Part shown: positions 43,083-52,329 of the stretch, piece by piece
Layout of the letters: each line of letters opens with the position of its first letter
How positions within the stretch are numbered: the stretch's first letter is position 1
DNA from: Nanobdellati archaeon
GTDB taxonomy: Archaea; B1Sed10-29; WALL01
Length of the DNA: 55,213 nt
Direction: 5' to 3'
NCBI GenBank assembly: GCA_015522845.1
Contig: WALL01000009.1
Span: forward strand, 1 to 55,213
The notes under the pieces: generated by a model
Told to the model about the DNA's origin: nothing
What the model saw: only the letters and a program-made list of their open reading frames with translations
Database searches by the model: none
Position numbers and translations under genes: made by a program

Positions 43083-45038
43083 TTATTCTTTTCGCTTTAA
43101 GGTAAATGCCAAGGCACCCTTCCTTAAGAGCTCGTAGGCCTTGCTGCTTGGGCTCTCATAGCTGCTTATGTCCAGTTTTGCAGCCCCCTGGCAGTAGTGC
43201 TGGAGCCGGATTTCACTTTCAGCCCATGCGCCCTCGTCAGCAAGGCGGTGGGTAAAGCCATGGGATGGGTAAACCTCCTTAACGCCAAACCGCCTCTCGT
43301 TCATCTTTGAAAGCCGGGCGGAGGCTGCAGCAGCATCAAGGTTCCCAAACAAGAAATACCCCCCCTCACTGTTGTATTTTTCAAGCTTGTCCTTTGCGTA
43401 GGCAAGCACCCTCTCGGCAAACTTGAATGCTGACGTGCTCTTGTTTATCTCCTCGCCAGTGTAGTCTGCTACGGCATTGTCAAGCCCTAGCACGCTTATA
43501 ACCGCTGGCGCGCTATCCAGCGAATAGTACTCGTTCCCCCCAGACTTTTGGGATAGGAAGGGGAGTATCCTATCCTTGTGCAGGCGCGCTTCAATTATCT
43601 TCCTCTTCTCATCAACGGCCTTTTTTGAAAGCTCAAGCGCATGGTCAAACTCGCTAAAGAAGTCTGCATCATCCTTGGCAGAAAGGCCTATGGCAGGCAA
43701 GTTCAGCGTTACCTCCTGCAGCACCCCAGTCCTTAGCGTTGTAAACCACTTGCCATTCCGTGGGGACAGCATGTGGTTCGGGGAGACGGCGTTCATATTC
43801 TGCCCATGCCCGCGAAGGTTCAGCACAACAAGGTCGTTCTTTTCCAGGAATTGCGGGAGCACTTTTTCAGTGCTTAGCGGGATAGACCCCCCCCGCACTT
43901 TCAGCACTACCATTGGTGTTGTGAATGCCCTGCCATTGTAGTCGCCGGCAGCCATTGTCTCAAAGAAAAGGTTAAGGAAGCGGATGCTCTCACGCTCAAA
44001 GTCGTAGTAGCTGTCCTGGCCAGTGATGCCCTTTGGCAGTATTGCCCGCTCCTTCTTTAGGAAGGGAGGGGTCTCCAGCTCAAAGTTGAGGGTTGACTGT
44101 GCAAGGCTGCCGCCGCGCACAGAATATATTTGGTTTAGCTCGTAAAGGAAAGTTTGTATTGCCTGCCTGATTTCCTTATCCGATAGGCCAATGGTGTATG
44201 GCGCCATGAAGGTGTTAAAGAAGTCGAAGGACTGCCCCCCGCTAAGGTGCGTTTCCCCAGAAAGCATGACACGTATTGCGTGTGATATTGCGACCGCCGC
44301 GTGCTTTGCTGGGCCTGCAACCGTGGCCTTCCCAAGCCCGTCAGTGGCAACGCCGTTCTGCAGGAACCAGCGGAGGTCGTTTTGCAGGCTTACGGGCCTC
44401 GTTGCAAAATAGGGCAGGTCATGGATATGGATGACCCCACTAAGGTGGGCCTTTGAGACATCCTCAGGCAGCAGCTTTACCAGCGCATATTCCCCAGCAA
44501 CGGTATCGCCAAACTTCTTGTGCAGCGCCTCAGGGTTTGGGGTGCCTGGCGTTTGTATTATCCTTGTAACGTCGTAAATTGGCAGGCCAAGCCGGGTGTA
44601 TTCGGTCTTTGCCTGCATATACCTCCTTTCAAGGAGCTTTGAGCTCACCATCTCGCGTATGAGCGGTGCAGATATGTACCTTAGCTCAAGGCGGCGGATA
44701 TCACCCTCAACCTCGCTTGCTATTTCAGCACACGTGTTTTGCGGGAGGGTGGTCTCCTTCATCAGCGACTCAGCTATCTTCTGCTTCTTAAATGACTCAA
44801 GCATGCCGTCGCTCGTGCGCACATAAATCCTGTGGTAGTTCTCAAACAGCCTTGCTGCCTGCTCGTCCCTTTTCTGGAGCTCCTTTACAACAAGGTCGTT
44901 CAGCTCCTCGTCAGTGATATCACTGCCCACCTTTGGCTGCAGTGCAAGCGCTACCTCGCTGGCGAGCCAGAAGCTGATGCCCGCCTTTTTGCACTTGTCT
45001 TCAATGACCTTTGGGTTGAAGTTCGAACCAGAAGCCAC
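43083..45038 (-). CDS. degenerate NrdD paralog (ATP cones, no catalytic Cys, no glycyl domain)
   Basis: ATP cone VRTSDG..F...KI..SL, LGLPIYDV, AHLSGVIHIHDL, GGQSFDFFNTF, TLNLP; no YSRxxGY. Confidence 0.8.
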   Translation of the reverse strand: MASGSNFNPKVIEDKCKKAGISFWLASEVALALQPKVGSDITDEELNDLVVKELQKRDEQAARLFENYHRIYVRTSDGMLESFKKQKIAESLMKETTLPQNTCAEIASEVEGDIRRLELRYISAPLIREMVSSKLLERRYMQAKTEYTRLGLPIYDVTRIIQTPGTPNPEALHKKFGDTVAGEYALVKLLPEDVSKAHLSGVIHIHDLPYFATRPVSLQNDLRWFLQNGVATDGLGKATVAGPAKHAAVAISHAIRVMLSGETHLSGGQSFDFFNTFMAPYTIGLSDKEIRQAIQTFLYELNQIYSVRGGSLAQSTLNFELETPPFLKKERAILPKGITGQDSYYDFERESIRFLNLFFETMAAGDYNGRAFTTPMVVLKVRGGSIPLSTEKVLPQFLEKNDLVVLNLRGHGQNMNAVSPNHMLSPRNGKWFTTLRTGVLQEVTLNLPAIGLSAKDDADFFSEFDHALELSKKAVDEKRKIIEARLHKDRILPFLSQKSGGNEYYSLDSAPAVISVLGLDNAVADYTGEEINKSTSAFKFAERVLAYAKDKLEKYNSEGGYFLFGNLDAAAASARLSKMNERRFGVKEVYPSHGFTHRLADEGAWAESEIRLQHYCQGAAKLDISSYESPSSKAYELLRKGALAFTLKRKE

Positions 45039-45115
45039 GCTATCAGCCTCTTTTTTATATTCCCAAGTTTATAACAGTTAAGCAGGGGTTAGCTTTCCTA
45101 ACCGCGGGTGTTCGC

Positions 45116-45556
45116 TTGGATATTGACGAGATAGATGCAAAGATACTTGAGCTGCTGGCAGCTAACGCTAGGATGAGCTACTCCGACATAGCCCGGCACT
45201 TTGGGTTTTCAGATGTTGCAATACGCAAGCGCGTCGAGAAGCTTACCGAGAGGGGGATAATCAAGCGGTTTACCATAGTTACTGACAGCAAGAAGCTTGG
45301 GAAGAACGTGACTGCATTCATCTTCTTTAACACTCGCTCTGATAAGACAAACGAGATAGCTGAGCAGCTCCTCAGCCTGGATGGCGTTGAGGAGGTGTAT
45401 ATCTCACTAGGCGTCTACGACATCATTGCAAAGGTGCATTGCAACGACGTTGTTGCGCTGAAGGAGCTGACAGAAAAGAAGCTTAACGACATAAACGGCA
45501 TAATCGAGGTTCGGCCATCGATTGTCTTTACTGAGGTTCAGAAGAATGGGCCTTGA
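45116..45556 (+). CDS. Lrp/AsnC family transcriptional regulator
   Basis: DEIDAKILELLAANARMSYSDIA..RKRVEKL..GII HTH; GVYDII RAM domain. Confidence 0.95.
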   Translation: MDIDEIDAKILELLAANARMSYSDIARHFGFSDVAIRKRVEKLTERGIIKRFTIVTDSKKLGKNVTAFIFFNTRSDKTNEIAEQLLSLDGVEEVYISLGVYDIIAKVHCNDVVALKELTEKKLNDINGIIEVRPSIVFTEVQKNGP

Positions 45557-46079
45557 GGTTGAGCTAAAGGCGCCAGCGCCGCGCGGCATTGTAGCGAGGC
45601 TGCGGGCTGCAGGTGCAATAAAGCAGTTATCCGCAACCAACATTGATACTTTTTACGACCTGCCTGGGGAGCCGCTGCGGGGGAGGGGCGAGACGCTCCG
45701 GCTGCGCAGGCAAGGGAAAAAGCTAATCCTCACCTATAAGTCCAGCTCTAAGTCAAAGCGGGCCAAGGCAAAGGAGGAGACCGAGCTTACAGTATCGCCA
45801 GCAATAAGGGCCTTACTGGCAGGGCTTGGCTACAGGGAGACCTTTAAGAAGGAGACAAGGCGCGAGGAATACAGGCTTGGCGGGGTTACGGTATGCGTTG
45901 ACCATGTAAAGGGCCTTGGCAGCTGGGTGGAGTTTGAGGCCTTTGGCCCGGTGGCGGCCTCGCGCAAGAGGATAGTCCAGACCGCCGGTAAGGTTGGCAT
46001 CCCTGAAGGCAAGCTTATCAGCGCATCTTATGTGGCGCTGCTTAGGGAAAAGCTAAAGAAGAAGAAAAGGAGGAAATAA
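45546..46079 (+). CDS. CYTH-domain protein (class IV adenylate cyclase-like)
   Basis: EVELKA (ExExK), LRLR, LTYK, DHVKGLGSWVEFE, SY. Confidence 0.88.
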   Translation: MGLEVELKAPAPRGIVARLRAAGAIKQLSATNIDTFYDLPGEPLRGRGETLRLRRQGKKLILTYKSSSKSKRAKAKEETELTVSPAIRALLAGLGYRETFKKETRREEYRLGGVTVCVDHVKGLGSWVEFEAFGPVAASRKRIVQTAGKVGIPEGKLISASYVALLREKLKKKKRRK

Positions 46080-46082
46080 GAT

Positions 46083-46868
46083 ATGCGAAGGCTCGTTGCA
46101 CTGCTAGTCCTAATTGCGTCGGTATCGGCAACAATCCAGCTTGTTACACCAAAGCACATAGCGCTGGAGCCGCTCGGCACGCTTGAGATCTCCCCGGTTG
46201 GGCCTGGCCATGACATAGTGCTAAAGTTCCAGCGGAAGGTTGGGGGCTATGTTTGGGACAGCGTCCGCATCATAAACACTATTGACCCTGATTGGCAGAC
46301 AGCCAGCTACAGCGACTATAAGTACATATACTACAAAATTCACGTCCCGCCAAACAAGCCATCTGGCAGGTACACATTCCAATTTGAGATAAGGGACAAC
46401 GAGGGGCTGGAGGACCCTGAGACTGCAGTTGCCCAGGTGGTAGTAACACACAATCAGGATGAGCTGCTTGAGGTGCTTCCAATGCCCGCCTCCGCAACAG
46501 GATATGCTGCAGAGAACTTTTCGGTGGGGTTCAAGCTGCATAACAAGGCCCTTTCCCAGGCAAGCTATGAGGTAACCTCATGGGTAAAGGAGCTGCCGTC
46601 GCTTGGCAACACCACCATTGCCCACCGCTTTATGGGCGGCGAGGCCAGCAGCGTGAGCGTTCCAGTGGCAATCCCAGAGGAGGGGCACTATACGCTTGTT
46701 GCGCATGTGTGGAGCAAGGACAACCCAACCATAAGCAAGACCGTGTCCACGCACCTGCTGATAAGGCCAACCTTCCGCTCAAAGCTCCGCAGCATTGGCG
46801 AAGGCTTTCCGCTTGTGCCCCTGACGATGGCGCCGTTCTATGCGCTGCTAGGCGTGTTTGGCTGGTAG
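46083..46868 (+). CDS. secreted Ig-like protein with C-terminal hydrophobic tail
   Basis: Signal peptide; beta-rich domains; in an operon with elp3. Confidence 0.7.
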   Translation: MRRLVALLVLIASVSATIQLVTPKHIALEPLGTLEISPVGPGHDIVLKFQRKVGGYVWDSVRIINTIDPDWQTASYSDYKYIYYKIHVPPNKPSGRYTFQFEIRDNEGLEDPETAVAQVVVTHNQDELLEVLPMPASATGYAAENFSVGFKLHNKALSQASYEVTSWVKELPSLGNTTIAHRFMGGEASSVSVPVAIPEEGHYTLVAHVWSKDNPTISKTVSTHLLIRPTFRSKLRSIGEGFPLVPLTMAPFYALLGVFGW

Positions 46869-46872
46869 TGCT

Positions 46873-48342
46873 ATGGGATTTTATTCCGATATAATATCCG
46901 AGATTGAGCAAGGCAAAATAACAACCCGCTTACAGCTTGAGAAAAGGAAGAAGCAGCTTTGCAAGAGGTATGGCATTTCAAAAATCCCAACCAATGCCGA
47001 CATACTATCCCGTGCAGACAGCGAGTTGCCCCTGCTAATAACCAAGCCAACGCGCTCACTCTCAGGGGTATCAGTTGTTGCAGTCATGACCAAGCCACAG
47101 CCTTGCCCTGGCAAGTGCATTTATTGCCCCCGGGGCAAGGCAGCACAGAGCTATACTGGCTACGAGCCAGCAGCAATGCGCGCAAGGCAGAATAATTTTG
47201 ACCCTTACCTGCAGGTAGCAAGCAGGCTGAAGCAGCTCACAGATGCGGGCCACCCAACCGATAAGATAGAAGTGATTGTGATGGGCGCCACGTTCACCGC
47301 CATGCCAGTTAGCTATCAGGAGCAGTTTGTGCTTGGCATATTCAACGCCCTAAACGGGGCAAAGTCCCAAGCGATTGCCGATGCCCAGCACGCAAATGAG
47401 ACAGCAAAGCACCGCTGTGTTGGCCTAACCTTTGAGGTCCGGCCCGACTATTGCAGCGCGGAAGACATTGCCCGGATGCTCTCTTACGGTGCAACTCGCG
47501 TTGAGCTTGGCGTGCAAACGGTCTTTGATAGCATTTATAAGAAGGTGCAGCGCGGGCACACCGTGAAGGACGTTGCCGACGCAACCAAGCGCCTTAAGGA
47601 TGCTGGGCTAAAAGTTTGCTACCACCTTATGCCCGGCCTGCCTGGCTCTTCCGTGAAGAAGGACCTCGAGATGTTCCGCATCGTCTTTGAGGATGAGCGC
47701 TTTAAGCCAGACATGATAAAAATATACCCGTGCCTCCTTGCAAAGCGGGAGTTTTACGACAATGACATAGTGCACTCGATGTACCGCAGCGGCGAGTGGA
47801 AGCCCCTAGGCAACGAGGAAGCTGCTTTGCTCATAGCCGAGGCAAAGAAGTATTTCCCCTATTGGGTGCGCGTTATGCGCATACAGCGTGATATTCCCGC
47901 ACCATATATAGAGGCAGGGGTAACCGCAGGGAACCTAAGGCAGCTGGCCCATGAGATAAACCCGCACTGTAACTGCATACGCTGCCGTGAGATAGGCCGA
48001 GTTGATGAGACGCGCAAGCCAAAGCTTGTCCGCCGCGAATACCGCGCAAGCGGCGGCACTGAGATATTCTTTTCCTACGAGACAAGCAAGGCCTTGTTTG
48101 GCTTCATCCGGCTGCGGAAGGCAAGCCAAAACTTTATCCGCGAGCTGCATGTTTATGGCCCAGAGGTGCCAATTGGCGGCAAGGGGAAGGTGCAGCACAC
48201 AGGCATAGGAAGGGCGCTCCTTGCTGCCGCAGAAAGTGAGTGCACGGGGAAGCTTTACATCATTGCCGGCATTGGAGTGCGTGAGTATTACCGCTCACTT
48301 GGCTATTCCCTGGAAGCGCCCTACATGGTGAAGTATTTATAA
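46873..48342 (+). CDS. elp3: Elp3 tRNA U34 acetyltransferase (radical SAM + KAT)
   Basis: CPGKCIYCP, QSYTGYEP, RVELGVQ, RIQRDIP, RELHVYG, QHTGIG. Confidence 0.95.
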   Translation: MGFYSDIISEIEQGKITTRLQLEKRKKQLCKRYGISKIPTNADILSRADSELPLLITKPTRSLSGVSVVAVMTKPQPCPGKCIYCPRGKAAQSYTGYEPAAMRARQNNFDPYLQVASRLKQLTDAGHPTDKIEVIVMGATFTAMPVSYQEQFVLGIFNALNGAKSQAIADAQHANETAKHRCVGLTFEVRPDYCSAEDIARMLSYGATRVELGVQTVFDSIYKKVQRGHTVKDVADATKRLKDAGLKVCYHLMPGLPGSSVKKDLEMFRIVFEDERFKPDMIKIYPCLLAKREFYDNDIVHSMYRSGEWKPLGNEEAALLIAEAKKYFPYWVRVMRIQRDIPAPYIEAGVTAGNLRQLAHEINPHCNCIRCREIGRVDETRKPKLVRREYRASGGTEIFFSYETSKALFGFIRLRKASQNFIRELHVYGPEVPIGGKGKVQHTGIGRALLAAAESECTGKLYIIAGIGVREYYRSLGYSLEAPYMVKYL

Positions 48343-48364
48343 TCCCTCTGCCCTAAATGCAGCT

Positions 48365-48556
48365 ATGCAGCCAACTAAGTCGCAGCTTGACACGCTTGAG
48401 GCATACTTGTGCACCCTTGTTTCCGCGGGCAAGGCGGAATTGCTTAGGCGCAAGTTTGAGAAGTCAGATGGGAATAAGTCAGATGAGGCAATAAGGCTCT
48501 TCGAGACGCGGAGCCATGTCCGGCTGCAGGATATTGAGCGCTTGGTGGGAAGCTAA
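48365..48556 (+). CDS. hypothetical small protein
   Basis: TTTATAA box about 25 nt upstream; stop overlaps the next start (TAATG). Confidence 0.5.
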   Translation: MQPTKSQLDTLEAYLCTLVSAGKAELLRRKFEKSDGNKSDEAIRLFETRSHVRLQDIERLVGS

Positions 48557-48831
48557 TGGCATACTGCAGCATCTGCAAGGCAGAGGGGAAAAAGGTGCCT
48601 GCGGTAATGTTCTGTGCCAACTGCGGAAAGCCAATTTGCGCTGCGCATGTTGTGCATGGCCGCTACTGCTCTGAGGAGTGCTACCGCGAACATCAGCTTA
48701 AGGAGCTTGACAAGGTGAAGCCAATAGCCCATGCCAGCAGGCCAAGCTATTGGCTTTGGGCTGCTGGCGTAGCCATATTCTTGCTTGCCTTTGCCATTAC
48801 ATACCTGCTCCTGCCTTATCTGGGGGTTTAG
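48556..48831 (+). CDS. Zn-finger (B-box-like) membrane protein
   Basis: CSIC..CANC..ICAAH..YCSEEC followed by a C-terminal TM helix. Confidence 0.7.
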   Translation: MAYCSICKAEGKKVPAVMFCANCGKPICAAHVVHGRYCSEECYREHQLKELDKVKPIAHASRPSYWLWAAGVAIFLLAFAITYLLLPYLGV

Positions 48832-48832
48832 C

Positions 48833-50518
48833 ATGAGGATAGTGGCACTGCATTCAAACTTTATTGAGTTCGAGCCCAAGAAGAGGGCGGTAGAGGCAGC
48901 TGAAGACATTAGGATGGCCAGCAAGCGCATCGAGGGCTGCCTTGTTGTCTTAACGGCGATAGAGAAGCAAGACGAGCAGGGCATTGGGAGCGTTGTAAGC
49001 CAGGCAGCAGAGAGCATACGCAAGATTGCATTGCAGCTAAAGGTGGATAAGGTTGTAATATACCCTTGGGTGCACCTGACACACGATCCCTCCTCGCCGG
49101 GCAGTGCAAAGCTGGCCCTATCAATGCTTGAGGACGAGCTGTCGGGCAGCCTTACTACAAGCCATGCGCCCTTTGGGTGGTATAAGGCATTCACACTTTC
49201 AGTGAAGGGGCACCCGCTAGCAGAGCTGTCCCGCCAGTTCTCCCCAAAGGGAAAGCCAAAAGAGTTTGACTACAGGAAGGCACTTAACTCAATCACCAAG
49301 GCAACACTTGACAGCTCCAAGCTAAAGGGGAACGACCATCGCATCATAGGCCAGAACCTCGACCTATTCAGCTTTTACAATGTTGCGCCGGGGATGGTGT
49401 TCTGGCACCCAAAAGGGCTTGCCATATGGAATGAGCTCGTGCGTTACTGGCGCGAGGAGCACAGGAAGGCAGGCTACCAGGAAGTATCCACCCCCCAAGT
49501 TATGGATACCCTGCTTTGGAAGGTATCAGGGCACTGGGACCACTACCGTGAGAATATATTCCTTACCGAGTACGAAGGGAGGAAGTTTGCAGTCAAGCCA
49601 ATGAACTGCCCTGGAGGGATACTTATCTTTAAGAGCAGGCCGCGCAGCTACCGCGAGCTGCCCATGCGTATCTCGGAGCTGGGGGTGGTGCACCGCCTTG
49701 AGCTGTCTGGTGTGCTTTCCGGGCTATTCCGCGTGGTAAAGTTTACACAGGACGATGCACACATCTACTGCACTGAAAGCCAGCTTGAGGGCGAGATAGC
49801 GGGCGTGATAGCGCTTACTGAGAAGATTTACAGGAAATTTGGGTTTGAATATTCGCTTGAGCTCTCAACAAGGCCAGAGAAGGCAATGGGCAGCAAGGCG
49901 CTTTGGGACAAGGCAGAGAGCGCCCTCCGCAATGTGCTTGACAAGCAAAAGCTGCCCTACAAGGTCAATGAGGGCGACGGCGCATTTTACGGCCCTAAGA
50001 TAGACTTCCATATAACTGACTCGCTTGGCAGGTCTTGGCAGCTTGGGACAATACAGCTTGACTTCCAGATGCCCGAGCGCTTTGACATTACATATGCTGG
50101 CGAAGACGGGAAGCTGCACAGGCCAATAATGCTTCACCGCGCCATATACGGCTCCCTCGAGCGCTTCATAGGCATACTCCTAGAGCACTGGAACGGCAAC
50201 CTTCCACCCTGGCTAGCGCCAGTACAGGCAAAGGTCCTCTCCTTTAGCGGGAAGAACGACGCTGCAGCAGCCAGCATATCCCAAAAGCTGTTTAGCATGG
50301 GCTACCGCACGGAGCTTGACACCAGGCCAGCAACAATACAGTCGAAGATAAGGGATGCCGAGATGCAGAAAGTCCCTTACATCATTGTCATCGGGGACAA
50401 GGAGGAGAAAAGCGGCACCCTTGCAGTTAGGAGGCACGGCGAGAAAAAGGCGCGCTTTGGCATTAGCTTTAGCGACTTTGAAGCCCAGCTAGCAAGGGAA
50501 GTTTCAGAAAGGGTATAG
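48833..50518 (+). CDS. thrS: threonyl-tRNA synthetase
   Basis: Archaeal editing domain (YPWVHL, APFGWYKAF, KGHPLAELS) plus core DHR, KPMNCP, GAFYGPKIDF, HRAIYGSLERF. Confidence 0.96.
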   Translation: MRIVALHSNFIEFEPKKRAVEAAEDIRMASKRIEGCLVVLTAIEKQDEQGIGSVVSQAAESIRKIALQLKVDKVVIYPWVHLTHDPSSPGSAKLALSMLEDELSGSLTTSHAPFGWYKAFTLSVKGHPLAELSRQFSPKGKPKEFDYRKALNSITKATLDSSKLKGNDHRIIGQNLDLFSFYNVAPGMVFWHPKGLAIWNELVRYWREEHRKAGYQEVSTPQVMDTLLWKVSGHWDHYRENIFLTEYEGRKFAVKPMNCPGGILIFKSRPRSYRELPMRISELGVVHRLELSGVLSGLFRVVKFTQDDAHIYCTESQLEGEIAGVIALTEKIYRKFGFEYSLELSTRPEKAMGSKALWDKAESALRNVLDKQKLPYKVNEGDGAFYGPKIDFHITDSLGRSWQLGTIQLDFQMPERFDITYAGEDGKLHRPIMLHRAIYGSLERFIGILLEHWNGNLPPWLAPVQAKVLSFSGKNDAAAASISQKLFSMGYRTELDTRPATIQSKIRDAEMQKVPYIIVIGDKEEKSGTLAVRRHGEKKARFGISFSDFEAQLAREVSERV

Positions 50519-50548
50519 CTTTTTAAGTATGCAGTTTCTCTTTTAATT

Positions 50549-50665
50549 GTGAAGAACCTGCTTGCCCAGTGGGCAGTCATCATTGCCGCCGCCGGCGTAG
50601 CGCTATTTGTTATGGTGGTGGTAGTATTCTTTGCTAAAATTGCCCTTGGCATGCTGCTAGGGTAA
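50549..50665 (+). CDS. 38-aa hydrophobic peptide
   Basis: GTG start about 25 nt after TTTTAAGTA; MKNLLAQWAVIIAAAGVALFVMVVVVFFAKIALGMLLG. Confidence 0.4.
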   Translation: MKNLLAQWAVIIAAAGVALFVMVVVVFFAKIALGMLLG

Positions 50666-50712
50666 CTATTTAAATGCCCAGCCCATTATTGGTTTGGTGT
50701 AGCGTGAGGCAT

Positions 50713-52329
50713 ATGGGATACTTGGATGACTTAATGCACCGGTCTAAGGAAAAGGCAGGGGCTGCTGCCTTGCCAAAGCCAATCCGCCAGCAGCCGCCCG
50801 CCCCAGCCGCAGCACAGGAGGCGCCAGCCGCAGCCGTGCAGAAGCCTAAGCCCCACCTTGAGGAGATATCCCCACCTGCCCTTGCGGAGCCAACAGCACC
50901 AGAGGGCGCAGTGCTTGTTAGCGAGTCCGGTGTTGGGAGGATATACAAGACAAAGAAGGGAAAATTCATTTATTCAGTCCCTGTGCCGCGGCCAAGCGGT
51001 CCAGAGCGCGAGATACTTGACACTGTTAAGGAAGCAGCAACCCGCCTAATCACTGTAACACCGGAGGAGATTGCAGACGTTAAGGAGCGCCGCGCCTTCT
51101 TTAAGAAGCGCATACTTGAGATAATTGACTCGTCGCCAGAGCTTGGCATTGCACCATCAAAAATTGACTTCTATGCAGACACCATAGTCCGCGAGATGAT
51201 TGGCTACGGCCCGCTGGACTTGCTTCTTGTTGATGACCAGCTTGAGGAGATAATGGTAATCGCGCCAAACAAGCCGGTTTATGTCTTCCACCGCCACTAC
51301 GAGATGATGCCAACCAACGTTGTCTTCGGCAGGGACGACGACATACGCGGCATAATCGACCGCATTGCCCGTGATGTTGGCAGGCGCATAGATGTGAAGG
51401 ACCCGCTGCTTGATGCGCGCCTTCCTGACGGTTCCCGTGTAAATGCCACCATACCGCCAATATCACTTGAGGGCTCAACGATAACAATACGCAAGTTCCG
51501 CCAGGACCCATTTACCGTTGTTGACCTAGTTAAGTTTGGGACGATTAATTCCGAGCTTGCTGCATTCATGTGGGTTGCTACTGAAGGCATGAAGGCAAAG
51601 CCAGCAAACGTTGTTGTTTCAGGCGGCACTGGCTCCGGGAAGACAACAACGCTCAACACACTTGCTGCATTTATCCCTGATGGGGAGAGGATAATTACAA
51701 TGGAGGACACTGCCGAGATAAAGCTCCCGGTGAAGCACTGGATACGCTTTGAGACAAGGCCCCCCGGCATTGAGGGCACTGGTGAGGTCACCATGGACAC
51801 GCTGGTCAAGAACTCGCTGCGTATGAGGCCCGACCGCGTGATAGTCGGCGAGGTCCGCGGCAAGGAGGCTTTTACGCTTTTCACTGCAATGAACACGGGC
51901 CACGACGGCTCAATGGGGACGGTCCATGCTAATGATGCCCGTGAGACGATAGTCCGCCTAACCAGCCCGCCAATGAGCGTCCCGCAGCTTATGCTTGCAG
52001 CCCTCAACCTAATAATTGTCCAAAAGCGCATACACGACCGGCGCAAGGGGACCATTAGGAGGGTTACAGAGGTCGCTGAAGTGACCGGGGTGCTTGAGGA
52101 CAACCCCCAGGTGATTTACCTTTATGAGTGGGACGCGGCAACTGATACAATCAAGCCGACCGGCGTGCCAAGCAAGTACTTGCAGGAGCTTAGCAAGTAC
52201 ACAGGCATGTCATATGCAGAGATCCAGGCAGAGATACAGCGGAGGAAGGAGTTCATTGAGCGCATGGTCATGGATGGGGTCTCCGGCATAGATGCAGTTT
52301 CAGCAAGGATACAGGGGTTCTTTGGCTAA
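50713..52329 (+). CDS. type IV pilus assembly ATPase (PilB/TadA/CpaF family)
   Basis: DARLPDGSRV, GGTGSGKTT, LRMRPDRVIVGEVRG, MNTGHDG..TVHA. Confidence 0.95.
   Translation: MGYLDDLMHRSKEKAGAAALPKPIRQQPPAPAAAQEAPAAAVQKPKPHLEEISPPALAEPTAPEGAVLVSESGVGRIYKTKKGKFIYSVPVPRPSGPEREILDTVKEAATRLITVTPEEIADVKERRAFFKKRILEIIDSSPELGIAPSKIDFYADTIVREMIGYGPLDLLLVDDQLEEIMVIAPNKPVYVFHRHYEMMPTNVVFGRDDDIRGIIDRIARDVGRRIDVKDPLLDARLPDGSRVNATIPPISLEGSTITIRKFRQDPFTVVDLVKFGTINSELAAFMWVATEGMKAKPANVVVSGGTGSGKTTTLNTLAAFIPDGERIITMEDTAEIKLPVKHWIRFETRPPGIEGTGEVTMDTLVKNSLRMRPDRVIVGEVRGKEAFTLFTAMNTGHDGSMGTVHANDARETIVRLTSPPMSVPQLMLAALNLIIVQKRIHDRRKGTIRRVTEVAEVTGVLEDNPQVIYLYEWDAATDTIKPTGVPSKYLQELSKYTGMSYAEIQAEIQRRKEFIERMVMDGVSGIDAVSARIQGFFG

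Noticed and set aside
51297..52103. 268-aa ORF on the - strand
   Set aside because: Antisense shadow of the pilus ATPase gene.
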